A stretch of 64,000 nucleotides of DNA, taken from Takakia lepidozioides (taxonomy: Eukaryota > Plantae > Bryophyta). The position numbers and the translations under genes were made by a program. Within the stretch, counting starts at the first letter, position 1. Every line of letters starts with the position of its first letter. Location of the stretch: the NCBI GenBank assembly GCA_030704615.1, contig CM060733.1, positions 1,674,001 through 1,738,000 of the forward strand, given 5' to 3'. Below, piece after piece: positions 38,395-47,997 of the stretch. Under the pieces are notes generated by a model, which was not told where the DNA came from, searched no databases, and saw only the letters and a program-made list of their open reading frames with translations.

Positions 38395-39330
38395 GCATTT
38401 GCTTCTGGACTTGTTTGGCGGGATCAGCACCGGGTTGGCTGCTGTTCTACAGGCAGGTGTACGAGTACGGCGTTACTTGTATGTGGAGAGGGATGAGACG
38501 CACGACGCGTCTCACTCCGTCATGTTGCTCAGTTGGTGCAGCAGTACCCTGAGTTGTTGCCAGTGTCTGCAGTTGTGGATATCAGCAGGCCTTGCCAGCA
38601 GACATTCGTTGCTGGGGGCGCAGGATTTGGAGCGGGTTGGCTCCATTGATTTGGTAGTGGCAGGTTGGCCCTGCCAAGGGCATTCATCAGCCGGGCATGG
38701 CAATGGATTGCGAGACTCGAGGTCGGGTCTGTTTTGGGAGATGGTGCGGGTTTTGCGCCACTTACAGCTTCATCAAGCTGTATCTCCAGCATACATCTTG
38801 GAGAATGTGCCACTGATGGGCGATTCTCGGGCCAGGGTGATGGCCAGTGTGCATCAAGTCCGGTCGTGGCTTGGTCAGCAGTGTTGCTGGATGCAGCTGC
38901 AGTGGGGTCACGGGCTCATCGTCCACGGCTATGGTGGACTAACTTGATGCCACCCGCACTGCTCAAGCGTGCATTTGATGGGGTGCAGCGGCCAACACAC
39001 CTCACAGTTGATAGCATTTGGACACAGGGAGGCAGTCTCAGCGTGTGAGACACGATGACCGTTCGCCTTTGGCAGTGGTCAACAAGGTGGGTCAACCACG
39101 AGCAGCACTACTACACTGCTCAGCTTCCCAGGATCGCATGCTTTCCGGGATAGTGGACTGGCCTCCTGTGGGATGCTCAGTTGCAGCAGTTAGTGGAGCC
39201 TAATGCCGACGAGCGAGAGCGGGCTATGGGTTTTTCCACTGGGACCACGGCGGCGCCTTTCTTTCTGAGGCATCACGTCGTCAGGTGTTGGGGCAAGCAA
39301 TGGATCTAAATTGCTTGACCTGGATTATCA
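38395..39330 (+). pseudogene. Cytosine-5 DNA methyltransferase (DNMT3-like) domain within pol
   Basis: Motif I LDLFGGI, II YVERD, IV DLVVAGWPCQ (38669-38677), SGLFWE, VI ILENV (38801-38809), VIII AHRPRLWWTN, IX-X ERERAMGF...RRQVLGQAM; a few frameshifts. Confidence 0.9.
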
Positions 39331-39779
39331 GCTTGGCTATGGCTGAGCAACGTAGAGTGCGGAGTGCACTTCCCTTGACGGTCTCTCTGCCTACCGAGAC
39401 GGTACAAGCAGTGAGTGGGGGCGAGCCGGTGAGGACCACAAGGTGTAGACATCCATGGCACACGTGGGAGGTGCTCGAGGTTCAGAGGGAGTTGGCAGCC
39501 AAGGCGGCTGTGATGGATGAGGTTGGGGATTCTTCTCGGGTTGAGGAGGTCCTCAAGGATGAGATGATGGGGCAGGATGAGGCCTTGTCATTGACTGAGC
39601 AGGCAGGGAGTACTGCTCAAGAGGTTGCGGCATAGCAACCACGGGACGCGTCCTCTACCTCTAAGTCTGCTGGACTTAAGGTTGCAGTTACGGAGGACAA
39701 TTGGGAGCCTGACATTGGACCCATTGTCACTGGAGGAGAGAGACGACGTATACGGCGGTTCCTGAGGGCTTACAGGAAT

Positions 39780-41110
39780 TGCTTTGCCTTCAGTTTGAAG
39801 GATTTGGGAGCACTGAAGGGTCAGGAGATTCGTATTGAGTTGGCCACGGACACGCCAATCTTTCGGAGACCCTATAGATACAGTGACATGGAGAGGTCTT
39901 TGATTCAGATGAGGACTCAAGATCTCTGGGAGGCTGGTTTGGTGGAGCTCTCTAGTGAGAGTATGCTTCAGCCACGGTGATGCCAGCCAAGAAGGATGTC
40001 TATGGCAATTGGACGGAGAGACGTATGTGCGGTGATTACCGGCCTGTAAATTGTCAGACCAAGTCCGATAAGTATGCCATGCCCACACCGGAGGAGATCT
40101 TTGATGCCATTGGGCATGCCAAGGTCTTTAGCACTCTGGACTTGCGGTCCGGATATCACCAGTTGCCGATCAAGGAGGCGGACAAGCAGAAGACGACATT
40201 CGGGGATCAATGAGCATGGGAAGGATTGCCTATATCAGTGGCGGTTCTTGCGGGCTTAAGAACGCTCCTGCAGAGTTCCAGAGAGTTATGGAGATTCTAG
40301 CAGGGTAGACTTTGCTCGGTGCTACATAGATGACATCATCATCTTTAGTGCTACGGTGGAGGAGCACGAGAGACACCTTCAGGTGGTGTTTGAGCGCTTG
40401 AGAGCGCACGGATTGAAATTACATCCGGGGAAGTGCAAGTTCTTCCACAACCAGATTGAGTATCTGGGCCACATGATATATCCTGGAGGATTGGGGCAGC
40501 AGACTAAGGTAGAGGCCATGCACAGATTCCACGTCCCACGGATGTGAGCCGAGTTCGAGCTTTCATGGGGTTGGCAAACTACTATAGACGGTTTGTCAAG
40601 GGATTTAGTGCTATTGCAAAGGCTCTAACCAAGCTGACCAAGGTAGACCAGGAGTGGCAGTGGGAAGATGAGCAAGAGCGAACTTTTCAGAGCTCAAGGC
40701 GAGGTTGACCTCGGCGCCGATCTTGAGACGACCTATCAGGGGGCGTCCCTTTCAGGTGCATACAGATTGGAGCATGCTGGGGCTTGGAGCGGTGCTCACA
40801 CATGTGGATGATGAGGGAAGAGAGTTCGTAGTGGCTTATGCTAGCCGCTTGAACAACGCTGTAGAGTCTAAGTATAGCATATGAGGGGAGTGCTTAGCTG
40901 TGTGGGCCGTGGCACATTTCAGGTGCTATCTATACAGCAATCTCTTCACCCTTGTCACGGATCACCAACCACTCAAGTGGTTGATGGAGTCAGACAAGCT
41001 TACGGGGAAGCTTGCACGGTGGGCACTTATACTCCAAGAGTATGACTTTCAGGTTGTGCATCGACCGGGTTTGGTCAATAGGGATGCGGATGGATTGAGT
41101 CGCAATCCAT
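39780..41110 (+). pseudogene. Reverse transcriptase and RNase H
   Basis: [25 protein letters not shown] (40323-40334), LHPGKCKF, FQVHTDWS, VTDHQPLKWL, DADGLSR. Confidence 0.93.
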
Positions 41111-41489
41111 GCACGAGCCAGCAGGATGACACTGGAGCTCGGTGGCATGGTGAGACAGACGAGGAGATGGTGCCGGGATGGCATGCATCTGCCTTTTTGT
41201 GTATCTTGGCATCGGGAGGTCAGGTTGGACCTACAATAGGGATGACTGTAGACGGAGTGTCTGAGGACCCTGAGGCTAGTGATGAGCCAGGTGGTGCCAG
41301 AGATATACATGAGGATTCGGTTGTGTTGGACTACCTCCGCACTGGAGACACGACAGCTAGTGTGACTGCCAAGGAGAGGGATCGGATCCTGCAACGAGCC
41401 AAGAGGTTCAAGTGGGAGGGGATACACCTGCTTCGAGTGTGGGAGGATGGTCGGGTGAGGATCGTGCCTCACCCAACACAGCGTGCACG

Positions 41490-42540
41490 GTTAGTGGCAT
41501 GCCCATGAGGAGTTGGGGCATTTTGGAGTGCGACGCACTCATAGTTTACTGCAGGGGCAGTATTGGTGGCGTGGTATATACACAGAGGTGCAACAGTTCG
41601 TGGCTAGGTGCATGGTGTGTGACAGGGTGCGTGCTTCATTCAACGCCCCTACACCACAGTTGCATCCATTACCCATCATGGGATTGGGCTACAGGTGGAG
41701 TCTTGACTTCGCAGGGCCGTTGCCATTGACGATGCGCCACCACAGATATGTGTTGGTGATGGTGGAGCACTTTCCAAGTGGATTGAGTTGGTTCCATTGC
41801 CTGACAAGGCTAGTGAGGGGGCTGCGTATGCATTCCTGGATCGTGTGCTTAGCCGATTCGGTGCTCCAGCTGAGGTACTCACGGACCAAGGAGAGAATTC
41901 TTGGGGGAGTTTCAGGCTTTGTGTGATAAAGCCTTGATAGACCACCGTACCACTTCTCGGGATCATCCTGAGGCCGATGGCTTGGCAGAGAGAGTGGTGC
42001 AGACGGTGAAGAGGGGTTTGCGCAAGTATGGCTTGCAAAAGGGACACCTAGGAGATTGGGATCTTCAGGTACCTTGGCTAGCCATGGGCTACAGGTTTAG
42101 CAAGCAAGCATCACTTGCCTCCTTCTCACCATATTTCCTTCTCTTTGGCCGAGAGCCAGATTTGCCTGCGTCTATTGCAGGGAGGCTGCAGTAGTCCTCA
42201 ACCTTGATGATCCGGATGTGTGGACACAAGCATGTGCCCAGCGGGCAGAGTTGTTCAGAGAGTCATGCCTATGGCTTTTGAGAATCTTGCTATTGCCCAA
42301 CCGAGACACATTGAGGTATGCCACTATACGTGGGGGGATATTGGCCAGGTGTTCGGCGTTTCCACCCTGGGACTATGTGTATCTGCAGCAGACAAGCCTA
42401 CGACCTTGGATGTCACAGCAGGACGTGTGATTCTAAGGGTCAGGGAGGTGTTGCCTTCAGGAGTGTTGATTCTGGAGGGTCGAGATGGCATGGTATGGAA
42501 GGACCATGTGCGTAATTGTGCGCCATGTCACCTTCCACAT
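41490..42540 (+). pseudogene. DDE integrase
   Basis: HEELGHFGVRRT...CMVC (HHCC), WSLDFAGP, LTDQG, DGLAERVVQTVK, SPYFLLFGRE. Confidence 0.92.
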
Positions 42541-42587
42541 GTGGATGGGAGGATAGATCCCACCTTGCAGTGGTACCAGGGTTGCGT

Positions 42588-42718
42588 TGCATTTATGTGG
42601 GCATGCTCGTGGTGCCGCCACTATGCTGGTGTGATCGATGCTCAAGAGGTTGGCACATGGGATGCTTGACACACCTCTTGAGAGGGTTCCTGATGGAGAT
42701 TGGTTATGTCCACACTAC
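42588..42718 (+). pseudogene. PHD finger at the integrase C-terminus
   Basis: After correcting a few small indels: CILCGHARGAATMLVCDRCSRGWHMGCLTPPLERVPDGDWLCPHY (C4HC3; last Cys codon reads TAC). Confidence 0.8.
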
Positions 42719-42955
42719 TTGGGATAGTGACAGTGGATATGACTGGGATGCCAAGCTCATAGGAGTCAATACCCGAGATCTCAGGCTCAAGTTCACAAGT
42801 TGCAAGACGGCGACTAACGATGGGGCAACTCTTGTACCCGGCCTCTTGATCTATCGAGTTTGAGTGTAGTAGGGACAGTGGTGGAGGACTTAGTGAGGCT
42901 ATGGCCACTATCACATCTTGTGGCTACCTGGACTTAGAGGGACCTAAGCGCAGCT

Positions 42956-42965
42956 AGGGGGACGA
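42956..42965 (+). promoter_or_regulatory. Polypurine tract
   Basis: AGGGGGACGA, 1 nt before TGTGATGG at 42967. Confidence 0.7.
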
Positions 42966-42966
42966 T

Positions 42967-43510
42967 TGTGATGGACTAGTGGCTGCACTAGTGGTGGCTA
43001 GTGGCAGCCTAATGATGGACTAGTGGCAGACTAGTGGTGGACTAGTGGTTGCACTAGTGGTGGCTAGTGGTTGTCTAGTGGCACTAGTGGTGCACTAGTG
43101 ATGGACTAGTGATAGACTAGTGTTTGGTGTGCACATATGTTGTGTGGTTTTGGACAATGATGTAGTTGTGTAGCGATATGTATGCGCAGACAGCTGTCAA
43201 GTTATTTTACGACTAGTATGAAGTTAACTAGGAAATAACTAGCTTTTATATATTGACATTTGGGATTGACCCAAGTGTCAATCCAGGGACCAATATATGT
43301 TTGGGCACCTGGCGTTGTTATCTTCACGGCAGATCGCGGTGGGCTCATCTTTCTCGAGTTGAGCCTCACCGCGTCTAGCTATGGCGCCGTAGTGTGGATT
43401 CCCCATGGCGGGGATGCACTTGGCTCGACTTAATATATGAGTGATGTTTTCATGTGCAAGTGTGTGAGTTTGAGAGAGCTTGTATGCTTGTATCATTCTT
43501 TTCCTTATCA
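42967..43510 (+). repeat. Complete 3' LTR = B1 (42967-43192) + GC + A' (43195-43510)
   Basis: PPT-adjacent TG start and TTATCA end; B consists of ACTAGTGG reiterations; palindrome GACAGCTGTC at 43189-43198. Confidence 0.85.
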
Positions 43511-43511
43511 T

Positions 43512-43798
43512 TGTGATGGACTAGTGGCTGCACTAGTGGGGCTAGTGGCAGCTAGGACTAGTGGCTGCACTAGTGGTGGCTAGTGGCAACCTAATGATGG
43601 ACTAGTGGTTGCACTAGTGGTGGCTAGTGACAGACTAGTGGTGGACTAGTGGCTGCACTAGTGGTGGCTAGTGTTGTCTAGTGGCAGCCTAATGGTGCAC
43701 TAGTGGTAGACTAGTGAGAGACTAGTGTTTGGTGTGCACCATGTGTTTGTGGTTTTGGACAACGATGTAGTTGTGTAGCGATATGTATGCGCACGGCA
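43512..43798 (+). repeat. Terminal repeat half B2
   Basis: TGTGATGGACTAGTGG...GATATGTATGCGCACGGCA; a copy of 42967-43192. Confidence 0.92.
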
Positions 43799-46550
43799 TC
43801 TACAACGAAGGTGTGCACCCTGTCGTAAACCTCAATGCAGCAGTGACGTTGTGTATCATAGATGTTTGATAGCAACACATAAGTCGCGACATCCTGTTCA
43901 TCTCACTTGAGGATAGATGTTGCCGCACGTTTAGTCATCTCCACATTGTCATGGATTCTGCAAGCACCAAGCAAGGCCTCCACACTACAACATCTGGATT
44001 GATTGGCATTTTATTAATCAGGTCCACTGCCTCATCCAATTGTCCCGCACGTCCAAGAAGGTCCACCATGCAGCCAAAATGCTTTACTGTCAGAGTGACA
44101 CCATGATCTTGACTCAGGGAATCGAAGTAGCGTCTTCCTTCATTCAGTAGGCCAGTGTGGCTGCATGCAGGGAGAACACATAAAAGGTGATACTGTCCGG
44201 CTTCAAGCCGTTCTTTTCCATTCCTTCAAATAGTTGCAGGACCTCGGTATGACAACCATGCTGGGCATATCCTGCGATTATCGCGTTCCATGACATCACA
44301 TTTCGTTCAGCCATATTGTCAAATACTCCCTTTGCATCCTCAATGCACCCACATTTCGCATACATGTCCATCAGGGCATTGTCCAGAATGACGTGGTACA
44401 ATTCCAGCTTTGATGATGTTACCATGGACCTCTTTGCCCTTTTCCAGGGCTGCCAGGCTTGCACAAACATTACAAACGCACACAAACGTGATGTGGTGGC
44501 ACTTCACCCCTTCCCCCATCATTTGCTCATAGGTTTCCAAGGCCTCCGTCCCCCCCCCCCCCTGTTGTGCAGATCCTGCAAGCATCGCGTTCCACGATAC
44601 CAAATCTCGTTTAGCCATATTGTTGAACAACTCCCACCGCATCCTCAATGCTCCCACATTTGGCATACATGTCCACGAGGGTATTGTTCAGAATCACATC
44701 TGGTACAATTCCAGCTTTGGCGATGCAACCATGCATCTCTTTGCCTTTTTCCAGGGCTGCCACCTGCTTGCACACGCACTGCAAACGCACACAAATGTGA
44801 TATGGTCAGGCTTCACCCCCCCATCATTTGCTCATAGGTCTCCAAAGCCTCCACCCCGCGCCCCTGATGTACATACTCTGCAAGCATCGCGTTCCACGAC
44901 ACCACATCTCGTTCAGCCATAGTGTTGAACACTCCTTTCGCATCCTCAATGCTCCCAAATTTGGCACATGTCCACCAGAGCAGTGTTCAGTGTTCAGTGT
45001 TCCCTGCTCCTTCAGCTTCCGCGCCCTTGCTGTGCATATCTTGCAATCATCGCACTCCACAACACCATATCTCGTTCAGCCATACTGTCGAACACTCCCT
45101 TCATACATGTCCACCGAGGGTATTGTACAGAATGACATTTGGTACAATTGCAGCTCTGACAATGTCGCCATCGACCTCTTTGCCCTTTTCCAGAGCTGCC
45201 AGGCTTGCATACGAATTTGCAAATGCAAACAAACGTGATGTGGTTGGGCTTCACCCCTTCACGCAGCATTTGCCCAAAGCATTAATCCTACCCTCCCATG
45301 CTTGGTAAATCCTGCCAACATTATATTCCACGTGATTAAAGATCGTTGAGGCATTCTGTTGAACACTTGGTGAGCATCCATGATGCTCCCGCAGTTAACA
45401 TACATGTTGACAAGGGTGTTGAGTAGAAAAATATTTGGCGTGAATCCACTTTGGATAATGTGAGTGTGCACCTGCTTTCCAGCTTCCAGACCTTCCATCT
45501 TGATGCACTTAAGCAAGAGATAGACATACGTATCTGAATCTGCTGAAATGCCTCCTTGGTTTAGAGTCTGTAGAGCTTCTGTCAGTCTGTCTGCCGCACA
45601 AAGTATCTTCACATGCCCAGAAGTGCCAGAAGAGGCATTGTGGACTCCCTCTCTTGATCCTTTTTCAGAAGTTGTGGTCATGGTTTAGATGCCTGATTCT
45701 ATCAACTGTGCCGCTGTAGCTGCTGCCTTTAGTTGACCATCTACCCATGCAGGTTTACTGTAGCTATTGATCCACATGGAATCATAGGTCATCTGAAGCT
45801 TGAAGTCTGGCCCTCTTGGATGAATCTGTCCACCCACACACTATCTCTGCTTCTTCAGCTATCCATGCCTCTGCACAAATCATACATACATCCTTGCTTG
45901 CTGCTATCAACTGACAATGACAGCCTAGATTTGTTCTAGGAAACACCCAACTCAACTTATCACACTAGTTCCTACGCTCAATTGCATCTGCTACTCTTTG
46001 TAATCCAACAAATTCATTTTTTTGCATAATTGTCCCCCACCATTGACTGGGGTCAGAAAAGTATTCATTCCACAGCTTCTCCTCGTCTCTGTTACCTGTT
46101 TCTGGATACTTCCTTGTTGTCACATTGGCAGTATCATGTCAAAGTCACTCCAAATTATCAAAGGTTCACTCAACCAGCTAACTTGCAGAATTCAACATGA
46201 AAATTTAGGGCCGATTCTGATAAACAGGGTGAATGTTACTATGTGGGTGTTGACTGTTGACATTGCGGATGGCTCTGTAAGTGGGAATCGTACATCACAT
46301 GTGTTGAAGTCCATGAGAAATCCATGCTTTGCCAGCTGAATTTTGTAGATATTGGCTTGATCCAGGCTTTTTCATCCTGCTTCTCAAAAAAACCCTTTGA
46401 CAATGTATTTTCATGGCCTATGATACCTACAGGAAGAGCCACTTTTGCACAACAACTCCTTCAGATCATAAATTAAGAAAGCCGCACCTTGACATCGGGG
46501 TTGTCCCACTGTCGTGAAGGATCTTTAAAGAACTTTTGCCACCGCTATTC
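43799..46550 (-). pseudogene. PLS-class PPR gene 1, 5' part (PPR array, E/E+, N-terminal PDF-like motifs)
   Basis: NALMDMYAKCG, ERNVMSWNAIIAGYAQHG, HFGCMVDLLGRAG, ALLGACRIH; PDFKLQMTYDSMWIN at ~45765-45810; 5' limit uncertain. Confidence 0.85.
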
Positions 46551-47997
46551 CATGCTCCGTGCTTGACCTTAGTGCCAGAAATTCAAACAGCATCAAACCT
46601 TGACAAGTTCCTTTACGGAGGAGTACTAGTGCTTTGCATCAAACCTTGTTGTTGAACATTCCCATTTGATGGAGGGCCCTATGGTCCCAGCAGATGCAAA
46701 GCAATAGGTGTTGACATTATCAACCGCAATCAGGTAGTTCAGTTGGGCGTCAGACTCTCACCTCAAATCTTACAAATGAGCCCAAGAGATGCTACTCGAG
46801 CTTGAAACATCCATGGGCATCCAAGGGGTGAGAGCTCTCCGAAAAACTCAGCAGTTTTGCGATTCCTGAAGCAGATTCAAGCATATTCAACCTGCATCAC
46901 TCATATCTATGGCAACCGCAGTAACCATGAACTTTGTAATGTCCTTGCCTGCATTCCACAAGCTATGCCGCACCAATATGCCACATATCTTTCTAGCCAT
47001 GCCTCAATTTCAGCAAGTGCAAGTTGCACTTTGTTCAACAATACTAAATCCCAGCCACATATGGCACATGCTGTCCATCTCTCTATTTCTCAGCAATTGA
47101 ATTGCCACCACCAAAGCTTGCATCTGGATATATCGACTGCAATCAACCCACCCATGCCCATGTGGTAGACAATGTATTAGATAGGAAGGTAATTGTGAAA
47201 CTGCAACACCACTATTGTGTTTCTACTGTGTTTCTACTGTATTTCTGACAGTAAACTAACTATGGCAGTGATAACTACAGAGAGCCCCTAGAGGGACATC
47301 TATTACCTGCTGACATCAACTGAATTCCATCCCTTGTGCTCTTCGAGCTTCATGTTAACAGCCCTGAACTCTACCCTGCTTCAAACTTTTTCATAGTTAA
47401 ATTCTCGTTGTTGGTACACCCATCACCTAGTTGGACTCCCTATCTCCTGTCCTAGAGCGAGAGGAGAGAGACTCTTACGTACTCTTTGTAAGCACATTAC
47501 CAACGAGGAATGAAAATGTAGGTTTGATAGAATTTACTTTGACATCTACATGGTTACGTAGCAATTTGTTCGAAGTTGCACAATCTAATATAGTAGCTGT
47601 TTTACAGTAACTAGCTCCCATGCACACCAAGAAGTCTTGTCGCCTCTTGGAAAGATCATCTAGCTTACCATTGGACTACCATCTGGACGACTTGGTGAGA
47701 TTGAAACTTTCAATTTTGTAACACTGGTCCGACTCCTCGTAATCGCAGGCAAGAAGCAAGGTAGAAACAGGTACCCACAACTACAAATGGGTCTTGGAAG
47801 TGCAAAACTGGGAGCTCAACCTCCAACAGTTCAGGGACATATTCATACCTGATACTCTTTATGACAACCCTCTGTAATAAGGCTATCTGTGACTGCTTCA
47901 GCTCAAATTATGATTGACTTGTTGTCATCACGGACAGCTGACCAGAAAGTACAGTATAGACATTGGTACACACTCTTCTCCATACATGTCCAGCTTT

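Larger units (their letters stand above)
33534..43798 (+). mobile_element. Ty3/gypsy-type retrotransposon with a DNMT3-like methyltransferase, PHD finger and split (permuted) LTRs
   Basis: TG...CA ends and TCTA target duplication (33530-33533 / 43799-43802); removal restores the PPR frame VHTFVVD|DKLHP; gag, PR, DNMT, RT, RH, INT and PHD motifs in order. Confidence 0.92.

Noticed and set aside
38395-39330. Host DRM/CMT gene or a bacterial restriction-modification methylase
   Set aside because: Motif order is not permuted as in DRM; no BAH, chromo or UBA domains, no introns and no cognate nuclease; it is embedded between PR and RT.
33534-43798. DIRS/Ngaro/PAT classification based on the split direct repeats
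   Set aside because: The element has a protease, an HHCC-DDE integrase, a PPT and a TSD; no tyrosine recombinase motifs were recognised.
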